64,000 bases of DNA from a bacterium. Lineage in GTDB: Bacteria > Bdellovibrionota_B > Oligoflexia > Oligoflexales > RGVZ01. The position numbers were made by a program, and so were the translations under genes. Below, piece by piece: positions 17,406 through 25,046 of this stretch (position 1 is the first letter of the stretch; each line of letters begins with the position of its first letter). Below the pieces are notes generated by a model. The model did not search any database. It was not told the DNA's origin and saw only the letters and a list, made by a program, of their open reading frames with translations. Where the stretch lies: NCBI GenBank assembly GCA_043757325.1, contig JAYVPO010000110.1, positions 2,386 through 66,385 on the forward strand, in the 5' to 3' direction.

Positions 17406-20400
17406 TTATCCTTCCAAACAAGTTGGGACGTGAGACGTTCTAAAGTCGCGAACGTACGCTAATGCCCGCATATATTCCACTGATTTTTCAATATTTGTTA
17501 GCAGTGGGATGCCAAAACGCAGGGCCGCTTGCCGTACGTAACTTCCCCGTAAAAGTTCCTCAGGATCGGAAGTCTTTGGCACGTTGATAACTAAGTCCAC
17601 TGTCTTGAGGCGGATAAGTTCAATAGCCTGAATTTTCCAGTCGACTTCTTGGCACTTTACTTTGTGCTCTGTTAAGTAGACAAAGGTGCCCGGAGTGGCA
17701 TAAATTTTGAGTCCTAATTCTTCCAAAATTTTTGCGGCTTCAAGGAATTCTAACTTTTGTCTTTCGGGTCCGGAACTTACAAGAACCGCTTTCACCGGCG
17801 CATAGATTTTTGAAGATTCCATAGCTAGTAAAAATGCCTCTTCAAACTGATTTGCCACACACCCCACTTCACCAGTTGAAGCCATTTCAACGCCGAGGAC
17901 TGGATCGACTCCAGCAAGCCGCGAATAACTAAACAACGGCGCTTTGACCCCAACTTTCTTCAAAGCACCCATATCGATTGGTAGCACACTAAGCTTTTTT
18001 TCTATCAAAACCTGACTGGCGATTTTTGCCAGATTGTGGCCAATTACTTTGGACACAAATGGAAAAGACCGAGCTGCCCGGGCATTGCATTCAATTACTT
18101 TGATGTGATTAGACTTAGCAAGAAACTGAATGTTAAACGGCCCGTTAAGTTTTAATCCGCGTGCTATTTTCTGGCCAGCTTGCTGCACTCGACGCACGGT
18201 TTCGTAATAGAGCTTCTGCGGCGGTATCACCATGGTGGCATCACCCGAATGAACTCCGGCATTTTCAATATGTTCTGTAACTGCAGAAATAATCACTTCA
18301 CCATTTTGAGCGACGCCATCGAGCTCAATTTCTTTTGCTCCGACGATATACTCAGAAATAACCACTGGATGATCGCGATTAATTTCGGTGGCAAGTTCTA
18401 AATTGATTTGCAGTGATTTTCGGTCATAAACCACACTCATTGCCGCACCAGAAAGTACGTAACTTGGTCGAATTAAAATCGGGTAACCCACATCGCGCAC
18501 AAAATTATCAATTTCTGCCAGGGACGTAGCCGAGGCCCATCGCGGCTGGTCGATTTTAAGCTCGTCAAGAATTTTAGAAAAACGCGAACGATTTTCAGCT
18601 AAATCAATGGTCTCACTAGAATGGCCTAAAAGTTTAATATTATTTTTGGCAAGATCCATTGCAAGTTTATTAGGAAGTTGGCCGCCCATGGAGGCAATGA
18701 CGCCGGCTGGATTTTCTAAGTCGCAAATATCAAGAACGCGTTCAATAGTCATTTCATCGAAATAAAGTCGATTGCTGTTGTTAAAATCCGTGGAAACTGT
18801 CTCGGGATTGCAATTTAAAATGATGCTTTCATAGCCATGTTTTTGTATTTCAAAACTCGTACTCACAGCACACCAGTCAAATTCTACGCTGGTTCCTATA
18901 CGATAAGATCCGCTTCCTAAAATTAAAGCCGAGATCTTGTTTTTAGCTGGCATAGGGTCATGAAAAGCCGCTTCATAAGACAAATAAAAATAATTTGTCA
19001 TCGACGGATGTTCAGCAGCAGTGGTGTCAATTTTTTTGACGTATGGGAGGATTTTTAAACCTTTACGATATTCGCGTACGGTTTTGGTTTCGACTTTTAA
19101 AAAGCCTGCGATCTGATCATCGCTAAAGCCAAGCCTTTTCCAGCTGCGAAGCTCGTCCGCAGAAATTTCTTTTAGAGCTTTCTTTTTTTTAATTGCACTT
19201 TCTGCCGTAACGATATCAAGGCATTGGGTTAAAAACCACGGGTCGATTGCTGAAAGCTTATAAATTTCTTCAACCGAAAGACTTTCATGCAATGCATCGA
19301 AAACTGCGTAAATCCTGGTGTCAGTAGGATTTTGTAATTCTAGTTTTACTTCTTGCAACGTTTTTTTTCCGCGCAAATTTGAAGAAATTCCCATGGAATT
19401 TTCGGTAACCATGCGCACGGCTTTTTGCAAAGCTTCACAAAAATTACGCCCGATTCCCATTACTTCACCGACGGACTTCATAGTCGATCCAAGAGATCTC
19501 GTGGCGCCCTTAAACTTCCCCAAATCCCACCTGGGAATTTTTACAGTAATATAATCTAGCGCGGGTTCGAAAAAAGCAGAAGTCACTCCATTAACTGGAT
19601 TTCTTAATTCGAGCAAATCAAAACCACATACAACCTTAGCCGCAATGGCCGCAATAGGATATCCGGATGCTTTGCTAGCCAAGGCACTTGAACGAGAAAG
19701 TCGGGCGTTCACTTCGATCACACAGAACTCTAAACTTTTAGGATTTAATCCAAACTGAACATTGCATTCACCAACCACTTCACAGGATTGCACAATTTTA
19801 AGCGCCGCATTACGAAGCATCTGATAGTCGTCATCGTTTAGAGAAAGACTTGGGCAAACTACGATGGAATCACCGGTGTGAATTCCCAGTGGATCAAAAT
19901 TTTCCATATTGCAAATTGCAATAATATTTCCACGACTATCGCGCATCACTTCGTATTCAATTTCTTTCCAACCGCGCAAAGATTTTTCCACCAGTACCTG
20001 AGGCGAAGTTGCCAAAGCACCTTCTACAAGTGTTTCCAGCTCGTTTTCATTATCTGCAAAACCGCTCCCCAGGCCACCAAGAGCGTAGGCAGCGCGCACA
20101 ATCACCGGGTAACCAATTCCTGCTGCGGCTTTTTTAGCGTTGGCAACCGTTTCTACAGCCACACTATCTGGAATAGGAATTTGAATTTCTTTCATGCGTT
20201 GGGCGAATAAGTCACGATCTTCGGTCATCCGCAAAGTTGCCACGGCGGTGCCAAGGTTTTTCACATTATATTTTTCTAAAATTCCAGCGGCCTCTAATTG
20301 GCAAACACAATTTAATGCAGTTTGCCCGCCAAAACCCGCTACAATTCCCGCCGGTCTTTCGATCGCAATAATTTTTTCGACCCAATGAAGTTCCACCGGA

Positions 20401-20612
20401 TAAAGATAAACTTTCACACCCTCTTGAGGGTCTGTTTGCACAGTAGCGATATTAGGATTTATCACGATCACGGTCAATCCAAGCTCGCGCAAAGACTTTA
20501 CGGCTTGGGTGCCGGAATAATCAAATTCACCAGCCTGACCAATGGTTAATCCACCTGAACCTAAAAGAAGAACTTTTGAATTTTTTTCCGAAAATATTTT
20601 ATTTAAAGGCAT
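17406..20612 (-). CDS. carB: carbamoyl-phosphate synthase large subunit
   Basis: 1068 aa with duplicated ATP-grasp halves and a C-terminal MGS-like domain. It overlaps carA by 10 nt. Confidence 0.95.
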   Translation of the reverse strand: MPLNKIFSEKNSKVLLLGSGGLTIGQAGEFDYSGTQAVKSLRELGLTVIVINPNIATVQTDPQEGVKVYLYPVELHWVEKIIAIERPAGIVAGFGGQTALNCVCQLEAAGILEKYNVKNLGTAVATLRMTEDRDLFAQRMKEIQIPIPDSVAVETVANAKKAAAGIGYPVIVRAAYALGGLGSGFADNENELETLVEGALATSPQVLVEKSLRGWKEIEYEVMRDSRGNIIAICNMENFDPLGIHTGDSIVVCPSLSLNDDDYQMLRNAALKIVQSCEVVGECNVQFGLNPKSLEFCVIEVNARLSRSSALASKASGYPIAAIAAKVVCGFDLLELRNPVNGVTSAFFEPALDYITVKIPRWDLGKFKGATRSLGSTMKSVGEVMGIGRNFCEALQKAVRMVTENSMGISSNLRGKKTLQEVKLELQNPTDTRIYAVFDALHESLSVEEIYKLSAIDPWFLTQCLDIVTAESAIKKKKALKEISADELRSWKRLGFSDDQIAGFLKVETKTVREYRKGLKILPYVKKIDTTAAEHPSMTNYFYLSYEAAFHDPMPAKNKISALILGSGSYRIGTSVEFDWCAVSTSFEIQKHGYESIILNCNPETVSTDFNNSNRLYFDEMTIERVLDICDLENPAGVIASMGGQLPNKLAMDLAKNNIKLLGHSSETIDLAENRSRFSKILDELKIDQPRWASATSLAEIDNFVRDVGYPILIRPSYVLSGAAMSVVYDRKSLQINLELATEINRDHPVVISEYIVGAKEIELDGVAQNGEVIISAVTEHIENAGVHSGDATMVIPPQKLYYETVRRVQQAGQKIARGLKLNGPFNIQFLAKSNHIKVIECNARAARSFPFVSKVIGHNLAKIASQVLIEKKLSVLPIDMGALKKVGVKAPLFSYSRLAGVDPVLGVEMASTGEVGCVANQFEEAFLLAMESSKIYAPVKAVLVSSGPERQKLEFLEAAKILEELGLKIYATPGTFVYLTEHKVKCQEVDWKIQAIELIRLKTVDLVINVPKTSDPEELLRGSYVRQAALRFGIPLLTNIEKSVEYMRALAYVRDFRTSHVPTCLEG

Positions 20613-21694
20613 GCAATAAATTCCTCTAATATCCAGCCGGTTTCCCGCGGGCCACCTGCGGCTTCAGGGTGAAACTGCACACTGCGAATATTTTTTGTTT
20701 TGTGTTTGATGCCTTCGCAGGTTTCGTCATTTGCATTGCGAAACCAAACCGAAAAATCATTTGGCAAAGAATTCTCTTCGACCACATAGCCGTGATTCTG
20801 ACTTGTGATCGCACCACGGCCCGTGTCGACTTCGTAGACCGGTTGGTTGTGACTGCGATGACCGAATTTCATTCGAGATGTTTTGGCACCAGCCGCAAGC
20901 GCAAGAATTTGATGACCAAGGCAAATTCCTAAAATAGGCTTACTTTTGCTTAACAAAGCTTCGACCTGAGAAATTAAAATTTCGGCTCGTTTCGGATCAC
21001 CAGGACCGTTTCCAAATAGCCAACCGTCACACTCTACCTGTTTCAGATCTGCATTCCAGGGAAGAAGTTTAACGTCGCAGCCTGTTGCTAATATTTGCCT
21101 TAGAATATTCCATTTTACGCCGCAGTCGACCAATGCCACGGTTTTATTTTTGCCATTATTTTTAATCGGTGATTTTATAAATTCGATTTTTTTGGTGCTG
21201 ACTTCATCTAAAATATTTACTGCGGAGGGATCAAAGTAATCTTTTTTAGCTTGAATTCCTTCAGGCTGAATTTTTCCAAAAAGTGGGCTGTGATCTCGAA
21301 TAAGGTGAGTCAGATGTCGCACGTCGATTCCAACAATGCCAGGAACTTTCTGGTCTTTAAGCCAAGCGTCGAGGGTCAAAACACTTGACCAGTGAAAAGC
21401 TGCGCGACTATTTAACGCACACACCACACCCCGGGCATGCACTCGATTGCTTTCAAACCCTTTGGAATGAAACACTTCAAGATGCTGCGGCAATTTTGGA
21501 ATTCCATAATTACCGATTAGAGGAAAAGTAAAGGTCAAAATTTGGCCGGCATAAGACGGGTCGGTTAATGCTTCACTATAGCCAACCATTCCGGTTGTAA
21601 AAACCATTTCTCCGGAACTTGCAGACTGATCTCCAATCGAAAAACCAGTCATTATCACGCCATTTGATAACTCCAGCGTGCAATTTTCTTTCAT
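20603..21694 (-). CDS. carA: carbamoyl-phosphate synthase small (glutaminase) subunit
   Basis: 363 aa with the GATase-1 motif GICLGHQ and a ..VQFHPE.. triad. Confidence 0.95.
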   Translation of the reverse strand: MKENCTLELSNGVIMTGFSIGDQSASSGEMVFTTGMVGYSEALTDPSYAGQILTFTFPLIGNYGIPKLPQHLEVFHSKGFESNRVHARGVVCALNSRAAFHWSSVLTLDAWLKDQKVPGIVGIDVRHLTHLIRDHSPLFGKIQPEGIQAKKDYFDPSAVNILDEVSTKKIEFIKSPIKNNGKNKTVALVDCGVKWNILRQILATGCDVKLLPWNADLKQVECDGWLFGNGPGDPKRAEILISQVEALLSKSKPILGICLGHQILALAAGAKTSRMKFGHRSHNQPVYEVDTGRGAITSQNHGYVVEENSLPNDFSVWFRNANDETCEGIKHKTKNIRSVQFHPEAAGGPRETGWILEEFIACL

Positions 21695-21797
21695 GCCTTT
21701 TTTCCTTTTTTAAAATCCACTTGAGGCTAGCGTATTTTAAAATAAATCGCTACGCTTTACGGTCAGGATTTCTTAAATATTCAGGAGATTTTCACCT

Positions 21798-23000
21798 ATG
21801 CGCGATCCCCAAAATCCAACTGTAATTTTTTACGCAGGCAGAACTGCAATCGGAAAACTTTCCGGAGGGCTTGGGACAATTCCCGCCCCTCGGCTTATGG
21901 CGACATTAATTGCCGATGCTTTGCAGAAGACCAAAGTAAATCCAGCCGCGGTAGACGAAGTCATTTTTGGGCAGGTTTTAACCGCAGGTGTCGGCCAAGC
22001 ACCAGCGCGCCAGGCCGCTATTTTCAGTGGTTTGCCAGATTCTGTCCGCGCCACAACTATCAACAGGGTCTGTGGAAGCGGCTTAAAAGCGGTCATGCTG
22101 GCTGATCAAGCTGTTCAGTTACAAGATGCAAAAATCATTTTTGCAGGCGGCCAAGAAAACATGACTTTAGCACCACATTTACTGATGAATTCACGCGCGG
22201 GATTTAAATTTGGCAATGTGGAAATGAAAGATCATTTGCAGTGGGATGGACTCTGGGATCCTTATAGTCAAATTGCAATGGGTCAATGCGGTGAAATTTG
22301 CGCCGCAAAATACGACTTTTCACGGGAAATGCAGGATCAGTTTGCACAAGAAAGTTACCTGCGAGCGCGAGCAGCAAGCGACTCAGGGCAATTTGCTAAA
22401 GAAATCGTCCCGATTAAAATTGCCGGAAAAAAAGGTGATATTTTCATCGACAAAGATGAAGAACCATTTGCTTCTGATTTAGCAAAATTAAAAGATCTGC
22501 GCCCGGCGTTTGAGAAAGCGGGGACGATAACTGCAGGAAATGCTTCCAGCATTAATGATGGTGCCGCGCTACTTGGAATCACCGACTTAAAAACAGCACG
22601 GGAGAATGGCCTGCATCCTTTGGCAAAAATCGTAGCCTCCGCATCCCATGCTCAGGCACCCAATTGGTTTACAACCGCGCCGGTTTCGTGCATCGAAAAA
22701 GTTTTGCAAAAAGCAAATCTAAAATCCAGCGATATCGATTTATTCGAAATTAACGAAGCCTTTAGTGTTGTTCCTATGGCAGCAATGAGAGAATTAAAAC
22801 TCAATCCTGAAAAGATAAATATCTACGGCGGAGCGGTAGCTTTAGGCCACCCTATAGGTGCCAGCGGGGCGCGTGTTCTTGTAACTTTATTAAATGGACT
22901 TAAAAGTACTGGAAAATCCCGCGGACTTGCAACATTATGTATCGGCGGTGGCGAAGCTTCCGCTGTTATCGTGGAATTACTAGTCGCTGGCGCGAAATGA
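21798..23000 (+). CDS. acetyl-CoA C-acetyltransferase (thiolase II)
   Basis: 400 aa with NRVCGSGLKAV (active-site Cys), ..NEAFS.. and ..GLATLCIGGGEASA... The last ~20 nt, including the stop, lie inside repeat element C. Confidence 0.9.
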   Translation: MRDPQNPTVIFYAGRTAIGKLSGGLGTIPAPRLMATLIADALQKTKVNPAAVDEVIFGQVLTAGVGQAPARQAAIFSGLPDSVRATTINRVCGSGLKAVMLADQAVQLQDAKIIFAGGQENMTLAPHLLMNSRAGFKFGNVEMKDHLQWDGLWDPYSQIAMGQCGEICAAKYDFSREMQDQFAQESYLRARAASDSGQFAKEIVPIKIAGKKGDIFIDKDEEPFASDLAKLKDLRPAFEKAGTITAGNASSINDGAALLGITDLKTARENGLHPLAKIVASASHAQAPNWFTTAPVSCIEKVLQKANLKSSDIDLFEINEAFSVVPMAAMRELKLNPEKINIYGGAVALGHPIGASGARVLVTLLNGLKSTGKSRGLATLCIGGGEASAVIVELLVAGAK

Positions 23001-23155
23001 TAAAAATGACTGCGTTGACTTCAAAAAACCCTCCTCGCCGTGCGCATAGCTGCGCATAGCATTGTCTTCGTTGGTTTTTTTTCGCCGCCTTGTCCTTTTC
23101 TCATTTGGCACCAGCTTAGTTTGTTAGTTACGAGCCCAATACATAATTATAAGGA
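22981..23155. repeat. ~175-bp imperfect palindrome, element C (ERIC/MITE-like), copy 1 of 2
   Basis: Aligns along its whole length with 29057-29228 (first ~100 nt nearly identical by eye). Contains the tandem tgcgcatagc x2. Confidence 0.8.
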
Positions 23156-23161
23156 AATAAA

Positions 23162-23701
23162 ATGAATAAGCAAAACTGCAAATCTGAAGTAACTGAAGCT
23201 CAAAAATCTATCGATTTTGAGAAAAACAAATATCAAATTAAATTCGAGACTTCGATGGGCGACATACTTTTAGATTTGTATGCCGATAAAGCTCCATTGC
23301 ATGCAAAAAACATCATTGGATTGTCGAAGGTTGGTTATTACGATGGCTTAACTTTTCATCGGGTGATTCCAAATTTTGTGATTCAAGGCGGTTGTTCTGT
23401 TGGAAATGGAACTGGGGATGCTGGCTATAAAATCAAAGCCGAATTTAATTCTGAAAAACATGAGCCAGGTGTTCTATCCATGGCTCGGGCACAAGATCCA
23501 AATTCTGCGGGCACTCAGTTTTTTCTGTGCACGGGAAAATCACCTTTTTTAGACAATCAGTACACGGTTTTTGGAAAAACCGCAGACGAAGAAAGCTTGG
23601 CCACTGTTATGCGCATTGCAAAAGTGCCGACGAGCGCAGGCGATAAACCCAAAGAGCCGGTCACAATTGAAAAAGCGCTTGTGATTGAAACAGGTCTTTA
23701 A
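23162..23701 (+). CDS. ppiB: peptidyl-prolyl cis-trans isomerase, cyclophilin type
   Basis: 179 aa with FHRVIPNFVIQGG, ..SMARAQDPNSAGTQFF.. and ..TVFGK... Confidence 0.9.
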   Translation: MNKQNCKSEVTEAQKSIDFEKNKYQIKFETSMGDILLDLYADKAPLHAKNIIGLSKVGYYDGLTFHRVIPNFVIQGGCSVGNGTGDAGYKIKAEFNSEKHEPGVLSMARAQDPNSAGTQFFLCTGKSPFLDNQYTVFGKTADEESLATVMRIAKVPTSAGDKPKEPVTIEKALVIETGL

Positions 23702-23753
23702 TATTTAGCAAGATTCACAATTTGTATATATGGTATCCCAATTGCGTTAGCTT

Positions 23754-24100
23754 AACATTGGGTTCAACTTTTTGCGCGCGGCATAATGTTTTGTAGAATT
23801 GCGGCCTTTACGTCTATATTTGCCTTCGGCCTTTTCCTTACCTTTAGGATGATCGTGATCGTCTACGGAAGGCATTGCCCGAAAGACTTTGCCAGACAGC
23901 TTCCATGAACTAAGCCAGAAAAACTCGCCATGTAAATATCAAAGTCTTTATGTTGTTAAAACAACGCATGAATACGCGAAGGGCAATGTCTGTCGTCGAC
24001 GATCAAGATCACCCGAAGGCCGATGTGGAAGTCAAAATCAGACGTAGAAGTGCCAAGACTTAGGATGAATTAACCCGCGCAGAAAATTGATGCCAATGTT
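23754..24100. repeat. long imperfect palindrome, element B (diverged homologue of element A)
   Basis: 23754-23781 pairs with 24075-24100. 23847-23880 pairs with 23981-24014 (28 Watson-Crick, 2 G-U and 4 mismatches over 34 positions, hand count). 23882-23890 pairs with 23941-23949. Confidence 0.7.
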
Positions 24101-24219
24101 GACCTGAGGTTATTCAAAAGCGGCTAATATGTGCTGTAACGTTCTGAAAATTTTGAATTTAAATTAAAAATCACGAAAGGCTAAGTTACCCGCCGATAAG
24201 GCAAACGAGGAGGACTTCT

Positions 24220-25038
24220 ATGTCTTATTCTTTGTTAGCTATGGTTTTATTGTCGGCCCTTAACAGTTCCTTTTTAGAGGCAAAAGCTACAACCGTCACC
24301 ACGTATGTAACTACCGTTCAAGAGGAACGCGAGTCAACGCGTTGGACATTGACGAAGTGGCTAGAAATCAAAGAACGCATGAAATTGATGGATGTGTGGC
24401 TTGCGATGTTTTCCGATCCACAAAAGGATAGGTTTGCGCCTGAATTAATGCTGAGCTTCGGAAGAATGCGTGGAGATTTCTCGTACTTGGCAGACTCCAA
24501 TTCCGAAAAACTTACTAAAACCGATAGTCAGGCAGGACAGGCGCAACTTTGGCTTACGAATATTGTTTCAAGCACCATCGGAATTCGGAGTCTTAATATT
24601 GATTTTGGTGGAGAAGGATTCGCCAAAGAAACGAATACTGCGTTGTCAAGTGACGTTGAATTAAATGAAAAAACTTCTAATTTGCAGCATTACACCGGCA
24701 ATCTGCGTATATTCGGTAAACATGTGCAGGATTCTTCGCTGGTTTTAAAGTATGGCGGTTATAAATTTAAATCTCCTGTGCTAAACATTGAGCAAAAAGG
24801 CGAAGCTGTCGGCGCCGAGTTGCAACTATATCTTATAAAATGGTTAGGGGCTGAAGGTCATTTCATGCAGTACGGTAAAAAATCTGGTACTTACTACGAT
24901 TATCAGGCGTATATTGAAATTTCTATTTTGCGATTTTCGGTTGGTCCTTATTCGGAAGACTGGACAACAACTCGTGACAACATTGACCTAAAGACCACAG
25001 AGCGCGGTTTAATGGGTAGCCTAAAAGTTAGTTTGTAA
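24220..25038 (+). CDS. hypothetical secreted protein, possible small outer-membrane beta-barrel
   Basis: Strong SD (GAGGAGG) before the ATG. The signal peptide is MSYSLLAMVLLSALNSSFLEAKA. The rest has alternating beta-type sequence. Confidence 0.5.
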   Translation: MSYSLLAMVLLSALNSSFLEAKATTVTTYVTTVQEERESTRWTLTKWLEIKERMKLMDVWLAMFSDPQKDRFAPELMLSFGRMRGDFSYLADSNSEKLTKTDSQAGQAQLWLTNIVSSTIGIRSLNIDFGGEGFAKETNTALSSDVELNEKTSNLQHYTGNLRIFGKHVQDSSLVLKYGGYKFKSPVLNIEQKGEAVGAELQLYLIKWLGAEGHFMQYGKKSGTYYDYQAYIEISILRFSVGPYSEDWTTTRDNIDLKTTERGLMGSLKVSL

Positions 25039-25046
25039 TTCACACT

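Noticed and set aside
17406-21694. Numerous 60-110-aa ORFs antisense to or out of frame within carB/carA (for example 18180..18401, 19878..20210, 20669..20932). Similar nested ORFs occur in most long genes in the track.
   Set aside because: They are fully contained in strongly supported conserved genes, have no RBS and no recognisable motifs. They are typical shadow ORFs.
23106-23121. TGGCAC in element C (TGGCGC in element D at about 29182) as a possible sigma-54 -24 box.
   Set aside because: The base pair 10 nt downstream of GG is GT, not GC (tggcaccagcttagt), so there is no TTGC -12 element. It does not fit the GG-N10-GC spacing.
23786-23908. A 40-aa ORF inside element B (MFCRIAAFTSIFAFGLFLTFRMIVIVYGRHCPKDFARQLP). 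It resembles the element A ORF around ..GRH.P...AR..
   Set aside because: The reasons are the same as for the element A ORF. The similarity follows from nucleotide homology of the hairpin arm. There is no RBS, the lengths differ (40 versus 84-97 aa), and the substitution pattern is not codon-like.
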